Positions 20,074 through 29,104 of a stretch of DNA of 64,000 nt are shown here, piece after piece. Below the pieces are notes generated by a model, which was not told where the DNA came from, did no database searches, and saw only the letters and a list, made by a program, of their open reading frames with translations. The number at the start of each line of letters is the position of its first letter. Position 1 is the stretch's first letter. This DNA comes from a virus (Duplodnaviria; Caudoviricetes): the IMG/VR virus record IMGVR_UViG_3300020047_001061, positions 8,564-72,563 of that record, one strand, 5' to 3'. The position numbers were made by a program, and so were the translations under genes.

Positions 20074-21423
20074 TCAGGTAGCTGTACCTGTCGAGCGATA
20101 ACGCACCATCGCGTTAGGATCACGCACAGAAGTTGCCAGACGCTTCTCACCAAAGAAGGTGATGTAACCGGGCAATGTCTGGTCGTAGCGGCGCATGACC
20201 ATGTTCAAACGGTCAATGATGGTGTGGCAACGGCTCCAGTCACCAAAGTACATTGGGTACAGGCTAGTTGTGCCAGCCGAACCAGTTGTGCCTTGGCTTG
20301 GGTTGTCCAGATACTTGTTCATCACCACATCAAAGCCGAGCATTTGACCAATGATGCCATCAGGGTTCAACGACTCCATAGAGTTGAAGATCGGACGGCC
20401 ATTGGTGTCTTGCAGACCACGGATAGCTTGAGCCAAGATAGGGCTGACCATGAACTTGGCGTTCGATGTCCAGTATTGCTGTGGCAAAGCGTACATGAAG
20501 TTGATGACGTCTTTGTACTGGATGGCGTTAGCACCAACAGTGTTGACGTTAGAAGTGATCTGGTCATAAGTAGCCAGCGAGTGCAGACCGCTTGTAGAGC
20601 CAGTGCCAGAAGTGCCGAAAGCAGCAACAGTAGAAGTACCACCAGCGTAGGTAGCAGCAGCACCAGCGTACTGATCCAGACCACGCAGACCGTTTGTACC
20701 GCCGTAGGGGTTAGTGCCCGACTGTGCAGCTTGGTCGTTGTTTTGGATCATCGACAGGGCTTCAGCTTGAGCGAACTCAGCCAGCATGTCGTCAACCACG
20801 TTGGCTTCCAAGCCATCAATGTCATCCAGAGCAGCAGTACGGATTGGGAACTGCACGTTCAGGTCTTGCAGAACCAATTGCCAGATGCTGGTGTCTTCAG
20901 TAGTGGTTGCACCGTTGTTCTGGATTCCATAACCCCATGCAGCACCAGCATTGCCAGTCTTGACACGGAATTGATAGCTAGAACCATCGGTAGCCACAGT
21001 GCGCGACAGACCACGCATGGGGTTAGCCAAACGCAGAGCAGCAAACACTGGATCGTAGCCAGTACGACCACCCTTGCCATCACCGCCAGCGGTCAGGGCA
21101 GAGGCTTCTTTCAGGTACGCATCCATTTGGCTTTCGTCTGCAAAGATTTGCAGTTCTTTCTCAAGGCGGTTGTTGCCTTTGTAGAAAGTAGCCAATTGCT
21201 CTTTCACCGAACGGTTCACGTCTTGGCGAATGGTTTTGGCAGGAGTGCGAATGAACTCAGGCATCTGAATGGAGGCAACTTTGGCTTCCAGAGCAGACAC
21301 CATTTCAGCCATTTCAGCTTTAACAGCTTCAACAGCGGCGGGGATTTTGGCCTCAACAGCCGAGATGCCTTCAGCTTGTTTAGCTTCGATGGCATCCAAT
21401 TTTTCGAGGATAACTTGGGACAT
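20074..21423 (-). CDS. Major capsid protein (HK97 fold with delta domain), copy A
   Basis: Coiled-coil N-terminus; C-terminal YFGDW....IIDR....RRYDQ...GYITFFGEKR. Confidence 0.92.
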   Translation of the reverse strand: MSQVILEKLDAIEAKQAEGISAVEAKIPAAVEAVKAEMAEMVSALEAKVASIQMPEFIRTPAKTIRQDVNRSVKEQLATFYKGNNRLEKELQIFADESQMDAYLKEASALTAGGDGKGGRTGYDPVFAALRLANPMRGLSRTVATDGSSYQFRVKTGNAGAAWGYGIQNNGATTTEDTSIWQLVLQDLNVQFPIRTAALDDIDGLEANVVDDMLAEFAQAEALSMIQNNDQAAQSGTNPYGGTNGLRGLDQYAGAAATYAGGTSTVAAFGTSGTGSTSGLHSLATYDQITSNVNTVGANAIQYKDVINFMYALPQQYWTSNAKFMVSPILAQAIRGLQDTNGRPIFNSMESLNPDGIIGQMLGFDVVMNKYLDNPSQGTTGSAGTTSLYPMYFGDWSRCHTIIDRLNMVMRRYDQTLPGYITFFGEKRLATSVRDPNAMVRYRSTGTAT

Positions 21424-21426
21424 GAT

Positions 21427-22227
21427 TTAACCTTTAAGACGTTGGTCAAGGAGTTTGAGAAGTTCACGTTGCTCAAGAGCAGCGAGAATTTCAGCTTCGG
21501 TTGCCTCCGCATCAGAATCACTCTGAGTTGGCGCATTTTCAATAGGCTTTTCAACAGCATCACGCTGTTCAATCACCGTCTTGAACACAGATGCGGCGGC
21601 AACCGACATCTGCTTGGACAGACCTGCATCCCGCAGGGCTTCTTCCAATACCTTCAAATCAGCAGAGCCATCAGGTCGGAAATATTCCAACTTTTTGATT
21701 TCTGCCTTCATGTTATTGGGGTGCATGACAACGCTAGTTTCGCGCAAACCACCTTTAGTGATTTGGAAATAACCTTCGTCCCAATAGTCGCCGGAACCAG
21801 CAGGAAAAACACTGCCATCTTCCTTAACCCACTGATATTCTTCAGCATAAGCGCCAACAGAAACCCCGCCAAACATATTGGGGGATTCTTTCATCACTTG
21901 ATACAAGTCAGAACCAGTTGTGGTGTTGAGATACAGGCGGCCAGAGGCGTTCATGCCATCGTCATCCATTTCAATGCTGGTCCACTCACCAACAGGAATG
22001 GCATCAGCGTTGTGATTGACGTACATGGGAAGTGGCCGACCTGATGCGGCAAACTCTTTAGCCCATTGCATAAAGCCTTCTGGCTTGTAGAAGAATTTAC
22101 GACCATCAGCGCCTTCACGCGCACCCCAAGTCGTAATGCGAGCCTCAATCAGTCCAGACGCTTCGCCGTTGTCGGCTTTTTCGTTGAGATTCAGCTTGGC
22201 TTCGCAGATTAGATTCAATGTCTTCAT
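21427..22227 (-). CDS. HK97-family prohead protease, copy A
   Basis: PMYVNHN...PVGEW, GVSVG catalytic Ser region, LRETSVV. Confidence 0.9.
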   Translation of the reverse strand: MKTLNLICEAKLNLNEKADNGEASGLIEARITTWGAREGADGRKFFYKPEGFMQWAKEFAASGRPLPMYVNHNADAIPVGEWTSIEMDDDGMNASGRLYLNTTTGSDLYQVMKESPNMFGGVSVGAYAEEYQWVKEDGSVFPAGSGDYWDEGYFQITKGGLRETSVVMHPNNMKAEIKKLEYFRPDGSADLKVLEEALRDAGLSKQMSVAAASVFKTVIEQRDAVEKPIENAPTQSDSDAEATEAEILAALEQRELLKLLDQRLKG

Positions 22228-22357
22228 TGATTGCCCCTAAAGCAATGGATTGGTTATTGTCCTGTATTTTAGGGGGTTGCCCTAATAGTACAGGCAACTG
22301 TTTAGGCCGTTTGACCTGTTTGGCTAATGCTACCAGATATTGTCTATCAGTTTGCAT
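22145..22357 (-). CDS. Conserved small ORF overlapping protease start, copy A
   Basis: Same frame, similar length and sequence as 28169-28384. Confidence 0.4.
   Translation of the reverse strand: MQTDRQYLVALAKQVKRPKQLPVLLGQPPKIQDNNQSIALGAINEDIESNLRSQAESQRKSRQRRSVWTD
22269..22285. promoter_or_regulatory. Palindromic operator-like site TTAGGG-N5-CCCTAA, copy A
   Basis: Perfect 6-bp inverted repeat; equivalent at 28244-28260; related to 56041-56055 and 63975-63990. Confidence 0.45.
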
Positions 22358-22363
22358 GATATA

Positions 22364-23761
22364 TCAAGTAGTCCCAATATTCATTTTTTTGGTCTGATTG
22401 CCGCCGCCGCCACCAGTATCCTTGGGGCTACTCCCAGCAATTGGCTCGGCAGGATCAGGCTCTTTGACCAACTCATCCGCGCCTTCCATAGAGGGCAAAT
22501 TCATGTAATTACGGGCTTCGTTGGGCGTCATAATGCCACCCTTCACACCAGCGGTCGCAAAGTTCATCTGATCCAAAGGCGCACCCTTCAAGAAGTCCTT
22601 TGTGTCAAACTCCACGCACAAAGAAGGATACCCCTCCAGCAAGTGCTGCGTCAACTTCTGCTGAATATTGACAATTGTCGGGTACATGGTGGTTTTGTAA
22701 AACTCATCCAAAGCCGTTTGGCTGTTGTTGAATTTACCGTCATGGATTCCAATCATGGAAGGCGGCACACCAAACAAACCGCAGATTCGGCGCATGGTCT
22801 GCAACTTCAAAGCAGCAGCATCTGTGTCTTGCAAGGTCAGCATTTCCACCCGCTGATATTTCATGCCTTGATCCAGCAACATACCTTGACCCGGCTTGCT
22901 TGGATCGCTGGTTTTGCTGCCGGTCATGTTGTTCCATGCCTCTTTCAGCCGGGCGGCGATTTCTTTGTATTTGCCATCAGGAATAACTTGGTCGGTCACA
23001 AACATGCCAGATGGCTTTGCGCCGTTCTGCATGACAAAGTTGGCGTAGAGGTCAATGTCTTGGTCAAGGCCAACTAATTCGGTCGCCAAGATAGCTTTGT
23101 TAAAGCCAGCAGAACCTTGCCAAGCCATTTCTTTGCTGTGCATGACTTGGTAATACTTAAACTCGTGGTCTTTGTTAAAACCATAGCTGGGAGTAGACAG
23201 CCGGAAAGTCGGATAGCGTGTAGGCGTGATATTCACAGCGATCAGCGTTGAATCCAGCACATACATCTCAAGCGGAGTCTCGGTAGAACTGTTCTGGTCT
23301 TTCCTCCACCACAGAGTAAAGGCTTCACCAGACAACTCGTACCACATCAGCCACTGATACCAAAACTCGTATTTGCTTTGAAAGTTATTTGGGCTATTGA
23401 GCAGCTTGGCAACTTGACGGGCTTTGGCTTTGTCTCGCGTTCCTACGCCTTCACCTTTGACAGCATCAACGGTTTTGCCGTCTGCCATTTCGCAACAAAT
23501 CTTGATTGGCAACTGAGCCAAAGCACGGGCTTTTACACCCACGCAGGACATGATTGTGCTGTTTCTGGTCAGCACAGACATATCCACAGGGCGACCAGCA
23601 GTTGTTGTGCTGGCAGTGGTCACATAGAGGATTTGGGTGTTAACCCCGGCACGTTTGTCACTTCCTTGATAAACAATGTTGTTACCAAGGGCCGTCTGAC
23701 CGAACAAAGTATTGCTCTCAGACTGAGTGTTTTTACGCTTGAAAATGTCAAGAATTGCCAT
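22364..23761 (-). CDS. HK97-family portal protein, copy A
   Basis: FVMQNGAKPSG, ICGLFGVPPSMIG, IMTPNEARNYMNLP motifs. Confidence 0.92.
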   Translation of the reverse strand: MAILDIFKRKNTQSESNTLFGQTALGNNIVYQGSDKRAGVNTQILYVTTASTTTAGRPVDMSVLTRNSTIMSCVGVKARALAQLPIKICCEMADGKTVDAVKGEGVGTRDKAKARQVAKLLNSPNNFQSKYEFWYQWLMWYELSGEAFTLWWRKDQNSSTETPLEMYVLDSTLIAVNITPTRYPTFRLSTPSYGFNKDHEFKYYQVMHSKEMAWQGSAGFNKAILATELVGLDQDIDLYANFVMQNGAKPSGMFVTDQVIPDGKYKEIAARLKEAWNNMTGSKTSDPSKPGQGMLLDQGMKYQRVEMLTLQDTDAAALKLQTMRRICGLFGVPPSMIGIHDGKFNNSQTALDEFYKTTMYPTIVNIQQKLTQHLLEGYPSLCVEFDTKDFLKGAPLDQMNFATAGVKGGIMTPNEARNYMNLPSMEGADELVKEPDPAEPIAGSSPKDTGGGGGNQTKKMNIGTT

Positions 23762-23785
23762 GATTTCCCCTCAATTTCCTACACT

Positions 23786-25465
23786 TTACCACTCTATTGA
23801 TCTAAAGCCAAATGATTCGCTGACAAATACGTTATCCAAATGACAGTGCAAGGCCATAATCATCGCAATAATACCGTCCACCTTGGCTGACGGGTCTGCT
23901 TCGTTCTTTCTGACCTTCACGTTGCCGTTCACATCGGTGTAAACCTCGCAGTTACCAAGCTGCCAGCCAACAAAAGGGTTGCCATCGTGCTTGATGGCTT
24001 TTTTCAGAATAAGCTGCTCGGTAGTCTTGGACGGGTTAGAAAGCATAGCCATGCCCTGACCAACCTTTTTTACCGGCAAGCCATCAGCGTACAGGTTAGC
24101 CACCAAAGCAGCAGCGTTGTACGGGTCATATCCGATTTCTTTGACATTGTGCTTCTCGCATTCCTGCTTAATGTAGCTTTCAATCTCGTTTAAGTCGGTT
24201 ACGTTACCCGGCGTGAGCCTGAGAATGCCACTAGCTTGAGCCTGTAAGAAAATGCTCTTGTAATGGTTGGGAATAAGCTCAATAGATTCTTCCGGCAGAA
24301 AGAATTGGAACTTGGAATAAAAATCTTCTTCGCCATATCTGTGCAAAGTACAAACAGCGTTCAAGTCTCGGGTGTGCGCCAAGTCAAATGCAACAAACGT
24401 AGATTCTGGCTTTTCTTCCGAAATTGGCGCAACAGACTCATCCCAATACCTACGGTCAACCCAAGCTGAATTGGCCGAAACATAAATGTTTAACTGCTTG
24501 CACAGAAACTCGTTTAGGCTTGCTGGCTTGGCAGACGCTTCTTCAGCCATTTGCTGAATGTGCTGAGTCGTGACCGAAACCCCAAGCATCGGGTTCGCTT
24601 TGCCCCATACCGCAGGATCAGCCCAATTGTCTCCGGGATCAATGCTATAGAGTAAACCAAACCAGCGAAAAGAATCAGGAGCAGCGCCACGCAAGACGCT
24701 ACGAAAGTGCGAAAGGTCTTCAAAGAACTTGGTTTCCTTGGTAAAGCTGGCAGTTGTCAGATACATCCGCAGCGGGTTCTTACGAGCGCCCATGCCCGAA
24801 TGCAAGACCTCAATCGACTGCCTTTCAGTAATCTGAGCAGCTTCGTCAATCATGGCGCAAGATGGGTTTTTACCGTCACCTGTCTTACGGTTCTCCCGTG
24901 ACAGCGCCCTGTAGGTAGAAGTCGAGTCTCCAGACTTCTTTAATTCGCTGCGGTAGGCAAGGAACTTAGCGCCCAACTCGGGCCTCATGTTTTCTACAAT
25001 GGCTTTGGACGAATCAAAGCAAATAGACGCCTGATCCCTGTTGGTAGCCAGAGTAAACACTTCAGCGCCAGCATCACCAAACTGCAACTCATACAGCGCA
25101 ATGATGGACGCAATGGTTGTCTTGCCAGATTTACGAGGCACGAACAAAATGACATCAGTAACCCACCGATACGAATGATCTTTCCTGTCGCGGAAACCAT
25201 AGATGCCCGCCAAGTACATAACCTGAAAAGGCTGTAGCTCAATTGATTTCCCGGCATCCGGGCCTTTGACATGGCGGCAAAATTTGACAAATTTGAGTAT
25301 GTGTTCAGCCTTGGCAGGGACAAACTCGTAAGGCGCATCCTTACGTTCGGCCATATCCAAGAACCGCTGGCAAGCCAGTTTGACATCCTCACACGCCTGA
25401 ATGTCACCCCGAGTTACCGCTACCGCATACTCAAACGCAGGGTTAAGCAGTGGCGAATAGCTCAA
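23786..25465 (-). CDS. terL: Terminase large subunit, copy A
   Basis: Walker A VPRKSGKTT, Walker B AMIDEA, YLTTAS, nuclease AFDLA and KVDGIIAMIMA. Confidence 0.95.
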   Translation of the reverse strand: MSYSPLLNPAFEYAVAVTRGDIQACEDVKLACQRFLDMAERKDAPYEFVPAKAEHILKFVKFCRHVKGPDAGKSIELQPFQVMYLAGIYGFRDRKDHSYRWVTDVILFVPRKSGKTTIASIIALYELQFGDAGAEVFTLATNRDQASICFDSSKAIVENMRPELGAKFLAYRSELKKSGDSTSTYRALSRENRKTGDGKNPSCAMIDEAAQITERQSIEVLHSGMGARKNPLRMYLTTASFTKETKFFEDLSHFRSVLRGAAPDSFRWFGLLYSIDPGDNWADPAVWGKANPMLGVSVTTQHIQQMAEEASAKPASLNEFLCKQLNIYVSANSAWVDRRYWDESVAPISEEKPESTFVAFDLAHTRDLNAVCTLHRYGEEDFYSKFQFFLPEESIELIPNHYKSIFLQAQASGILRLTPGNVTDLNEIESYIKQECEKHNVKEIGYDPYNAAALVANLYADGLPVKKVGQGMAMLSNPSKTTEQLILKKAIKHDGNPFVGWQLGNCEVYTDVNGNVKVRKNEADPSAKVDGIIAMIMALHCHLDNVFVSESFGFRSIEW

Positions 25466-26211
25466 AACATTGCCTCCTGTTTTGGCAAGTCAACAGCAGA
25501 AGTTCCATTGAATCCAAACATATCAAAAGTGCGTTGTGCGTCTTCTATGCGTTTACAAGCAATCTCAAAGTATTTTGGTTCACGCTCAATCCCTATAAAC
25601 TTTCGCCCCATTTGAACAGCAGCCACGCCTGTTGTGCCGCTTCCCATAAATGGGTCAAAAATGGTTTCTCCACGATCTGTAAAGTCGTTGACAAATTCAG
25701 AAAATAAGCCGATGGGTTTTCCTGTTGGATGGCCGGAGTTGTTGCTACCTTTGGGCCAGTTATAGAAAGCGTGTTTGCCACCACCGTTCCAACGCTTCTT
25801 GCCAGCCTTGTGACATATAGCGATGGCCTCCCAACCCGTACCGGGTCTGTCGCCAGTAAACTGAGGCGCACCGTCTGGTTTGCGCCATATGCCAAACCTA
25901 ACGAGAAGTCCGGCTGCGTCAAGTGAATTAAGAAACTTCCATTCGCTGGTAAACACAACCCAGCGGTTTGCCATGTCAACCCACTGTTGGGCCATAGCAA
26001 GCATTTGCTTTTCGTTAATTCCATCAAACCCAAGCTCTTGACCAGCAGGCTTTCCGTCCTTAAGAACTACACTTGCAAGATGCCCAGCGTGTGTTGCTGT
26101 GTCGCCATAAGGCGGGTCAGTGATAACCGCATCCACTTTTGGTAGCGTGGGCAAGATGTCCATGCAGTCGCCAAGGTACAGGGTGGCGTTCCCTATTATT
26201 GTCTTGTTCAT
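25462..26211 (-). CDS. N6-adenine/N4-cytosine DNA methyltransferase (beta class)
   Basis: DPPY catalytic motif precedes FDPFMGSGTTG SAM-binding motif; HPTGKP. Confidence 0.9.
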   Translation of the reverse strand: MNKTIIGNATLYLGDCMDILPTLPKVDAVITDPPYGDTATHAGHLASVVLKDGKPAGQELGFDGINEKQMLAMAQQWVDMANRWVVFTSEWKFLNSLDAAGLLVRFGIWRKPDGAPQFTGDRPGTGWEAIAICHKAGKKRWNGGGKHAFYNWPKGSNNSGHPTGKPIGLFSEFVNDFTDRGETIFDPFMGSGTTGVAAVQMGRKFIGIEREPKYFEIACKRIEDAQRTFDMFGFNGTSAVDLPKQEAMF

Positions 26212-26216
26212 GTCTT

Positions 26217-26579
26217 TTAAGCCGTAGCAAACAATTCATCTACATCACTCACTTTTGCCTTCAACTTTGGACGACCACGGGCCACAAGACCTAGTTCAGC
26301 CAGCATCTTGATAGCCTTGTCAGCCATCTCAGTGCGAATCTTGAACCAAGCTGTTACGCCTTCGTTGTTCCCGTAGACAGTGACATGGCCCATTTCACGA
26401 ATGTTGATTTCAGCAGTCAGCAAGCTGTCTACCGTGATGACCAATGTGCCAACCAGCAGTTCATCAGATGCCGTGAGCGTTCCTGTCGAGGCTTCGACTT
26501 CTGCGCGAATGGCCGTTTCAAACGCAGCCTTGTCCCAAGTGGACGGGTCGTTTAAATAGCCTAGGATGTGACGAGGTTT
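26217..26579 (-). CDS. terS: Terminase small subunit, 5'-truncated at junction, copy A
   Basis: Frame open to KPRHILGYLNDPSTWDKAAFETAIRAEV...; ELGLVARGR C-terminal motif of P27-type TerS; no in-frame ATG before an upstream TGA across the junction. Confidence 0.7.
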   Translation of the reverse strand, partial: KPRHILGYLNDPSTWDKAAFETAIRAEVEASTGTLTASDELLVGTLVITVDSLLTAEINIREMGHVTVYGNNEGVTAWFKIRTEMADKAIKMLAELGLVARGRPKLKAKVSDVDELFATA

Positions 26580-26734
26580 ACATTGATGTCAACGGAAACG
26601 TAAAGGTGAGGAAGAACGAAGCCGACCCAAGCGCCAAAGTTGACGGTATTATTGCGATGATTATGGCTTTGCACTGCCATTTGGACAACGTATTTGTCAG
26701 CGATTCATTTGGCTTTAGGTCGCTAGAGTGGTAA
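26573..26734 (+). pseudogene. terL: 3' fragment (54 codons) of terminase large subunit, copy B
   Basis: EVYIDVNGNVKVRKNEADPSAKVDGIIAMIMALHCHLDNVFVSDSFGFRSLEW*; 141/162 nt identical to 23786-23947 by hand alignment. Confidence 0.9.
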
Positions 26735-26758
26735 AGTATGCGGAAATAGGAGCGAATC

Positions 26759-28162
26759 ATGGGTATTCTTGACGTTTTCAAGGGCAAAAACACAGCCCAA
26801 AATGAAGCGAACACACTGTTCGGTCAGACTGCTTTGGGCAACAACATCGTCTATCAAGGCGATAACAAGCGTCCGACTGTCAATACCCAGATTCTGTATG
26901 TAACGACCTCCAGCGCAACCACTGCTGGCCGTAGTGTGGACATGTCGGTGCTGAGTCGCAACAGTACCATCATGGCTTGCGTTGGTTTGAAGGCTCGGGC
27001 GCTTGCTCAGTTGCCAATCAAAGTTTGCTACGAGACAGAGGAAGGCCAGACTGTTGATGCCATCCGTTCTGACAAAGTTGGCACTCGGGACAAAGCCAAG
27101 GCCAAGCAAGTTGCCAAGCTGCTCGGCAATCCCAACAACTTCCAGAGCAAATATGAGTTCTGGTATCAGTGGCTCATGTGGTACGAGTTGTCTGGCGAGT
27201 CGTTCACCTTGTGGTGGCGCAAAGACCAGAAGAGTTCGACTGAGACTCCTCTGGAAATGTACATCTTGGACAGCACACTGATTGCTGCTCAGATTACGCC
27301 TACCCGTTACCCGTCCTACCGCCTGTCTACGCCAAGCTACGGCTTCAGCAAGGATGAGCCTTTGGCCGCGCACCAAGTCATGCACTGCAAAGAGATGGCT
27401 TGGCAAGGTTCGGCTGGTTTCAACAAAGGCATCTTGGCGACTGAGCTTGTCGGCCTTGACCAAGACATTGACCTGTACGCCAACTTTGTCATGCAGAACG
27501 GCGCAAAGCCATCTGGCATGTTTGTGACGGAGCAAGTTGTTCCTGACGGCAAGTACAAGGAAGTTGCTGCTCGACTGAAAGAGGCTTGGGCCAACATGAC
27601 TGGCAGCAAGAACTCTGACCCAAGCAAGCCCGGTCAGGGCATGTTGCTCGACCAAGGCATGAAATACCAGAAGCTGGAAATGCTGAACCTGCAAGACGCT
27701 GACGCTGCTGCTTTGAAGCTGCAAACCATGAAGCGTATCTGTGGTTTGTTTGGTGTGCCGCCTGCCATGATTGGCATCTCGGACAGCAAGTTCAATAACA
27801 CCCAAACGCAAATGGACGAGTTCTACAAGTCCACCATGTACCCGATTATTGTCAACGTACAGGAAAAGCTGAAGGGCCACTTGCTGCAAGGCTACCCAAG
27901 CCTTTGCATTGAGTTTGACACGAAGAACTTCCTGAAGGGCGCTCCGCTGGACCAGATGAACTTTGCAACTGCTGGCGTGAAGAACGGCATCATGACTCCG
28001 AACGAAGCTCGTGAGTACATGAACATGCCTGCCAAGGATGGCGCAGACGAGTTAATCCAGAACGATCAGCCTGATGAGCCAATCCCCGGCAGTTCTGCTC
28101 AAGACACTGGCGGCGGTGGTGGACGCCAGAAAAGCAAGATCAATATCGGCTCTAAGACTTGA
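26759..28162 (+). CDS. HK97-family portal protein, copy B
   Basis: Same motifs as 22364-23761. Confidence 0.92.
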   Translation: MGILDVFKGKNTAQNEANTLFGQTALGNNIVYQGDNKRPTVNTQILYVTTSSATTAGRSVDMSVLSRNSTIMACVGLKARALAQLPIKVCYETEEGQTVDAIRSDKVGTRDKAKAKQVAKLLGNPNNFQSKYEFWYQWLMWYELSGESFTLWWRKDQKSSTETPLEMYILDSTLIAAQITPTRYPSYRLSTPSYGFSKDEPLAAHQVMHCKEMAWQGSAGFNKGILATELVGLDQDIDLYANFVMQNGAKPSGMFVTEQVVPDGKYKEVAARLKEAWANMTGSKNSDPSKPGQGMLLDQGMKYQKLEMLNLQDADAAALKLQTMKRICGLFGVPPAMIGISDSKFNNTQTQMDEFYKSTMYPIIVNVQEKLKGHLLQGYPSLCIEFDTKNFLKGAPLDQMNFATAGVKNGIMTPNEAREYMNMPAKDGADELIQNDQPDEPIPGSSAQDTGGGGGRQKSKINIGSKT

Positions 28163-28168
28163 TTAAAA

Positions 28169-28384
28169 ATGCGTACTGATTCAAAATATCTGGTAGCATT
28201 AGCAAAACAGGTCTTTCGGCCATCAATACACTTGCCCGTGCAATTAGGGCAAACCCCTAAAATACAGGACAATAACCAATCCATTGCTTTAGGGGCAATC
28301 AATGAAGCAACTGAATCTAATCTGCGAAGCAAAACTGAACCTGTCCGAAAAGGCCGCAAGCGGCGAACCGACAGGAAAGATTGA
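28169..28384 (+). CDS. Conserved small ORF overlapping protease start, copy B
   Basis: Homologous to 22145-22357; basic C-terminus. Confidence 0.4.
   Translation: MRTDSKYLVALAKQVFRPSIHLPVQLGQTPKIQDNNQSIALGAINEATESNLRSKTEPVRKGRKRRTDRKD
28244..28295 (+). promoter_or_regulatory. Palindrome plus alternative stem over protease RBS, copy B
   Basis: TTAGGG-caaac-CCCTAA hairpin competes with CCCCTAAA(28254-28261)/TTTAGGGG(28288-28295) stem that covers the AGGGG RBS. Confidence 0.45.
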
Positions 28385-29102
28385 AGCTCGTATCACCACT
28401 TGGGGCGCTCGTGAGGGTGCTGATGGTCGTAAATTCTTCTACAAGCCTGAAGGCTTTATGGAATGGGCGACTGAGTTTGCCAAAGCTGGCCGACCCCTGC
28501 CTATGTTCCTGAATCACAATTCTGATTCCATGCCTGTTGGCGAATGGACCGAGTTGGAGATGGACGAAGAGGGCATGTGCGCCAAGGGTCGTTTGTTTAT
28601 GAACACGACTGCTGGCAAAGACCTGTACCAAGTGATGTCTGAGTCGCCCAACATGTTTGGCGGCGTTTCTGTTGGCGCTTATGCTGACGAATATCAGTGG
28701 GTCAAGGATGACGGCGAGGCATTCCCTGCTGGCTCTGGCGACTACTACGAAGACGGCTACTTCCAGATCACCAAAGGTGGTTTGCGCGAGACAAGCGTTG
28801 TGATGTATCCCAACAACCCCAAGGCAGAGGTCAAGAAGCTGGAGTATTTCCGTGAAGACGGCTCCGCTGACCTCAAGGTATTGGAAGAAGCCCTGCGGGA
28901 TGCAGGTCTGTCCAAGCAGATGTCGGTTGCCGCCGCATCTGTGTTCAAGACGGTGATTGAGCAGCGTGATGTTGCTGGAAAGCCTATTGAAACTGCGCCA
29001 ACTCAGAGTGATTCTGATGCGGAGGCAACCGAAGCTGAAATTCTTGCTGCTCTTGAGCAACGTGAGTTTCTTAAACTCCTCGACAAACGACTGAAAGGTT
29101 AA
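28302..29102 (+). CDS. HK97-family prohead protease, copy B
   Basis: Homologue of 21427-22227. Confidence 0.9.
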   Translation: MKQLNLICEAKLNLSEKAASGEPTGKIEARITTWGAREGADGRKFFYKPEGFMEWATEFAKAGRPLPMFLNHNSDSMPVGEWTELEMDEEGMCAKGRLFMNTTAGKDLYQVMSESPNMFGGVSVGAYADEYQWVKDDGEAFPAGSGDYYEDGYFQITKGGLRETSVVMYPNNPKAEVKKLEYFREDGSADLKVLEEALRDAGLSKQMSVAAASVFKTVIEQRDVAGKPIETAPTQSDSDAEATEAEILAALEQREFLKLLDKRLKG

Positions 29103-29104
29103 TC

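Noticed and set aside
20224-22044. 606-aa ORF antisense to capsid and protease genes (also 29099-30490, 26723-27889, 16457-17491)
   Set aside because: In-register antisense shadows of strongly codon-biased genes; no RBS or protein-like motifs.
26217-26444. 75-aa ORF as the complete terS
   Set aside because: Weak TTG start without clear RBS; the frame continues 45 codons upstream with protein-like sequence up to the junction.
26572-26579. Simple fold-back (palindromic) assembly artefact
   Set aside because: The arms differ at ~13% or more of nucleotides and in gene content, so they are not one molecule read twice.
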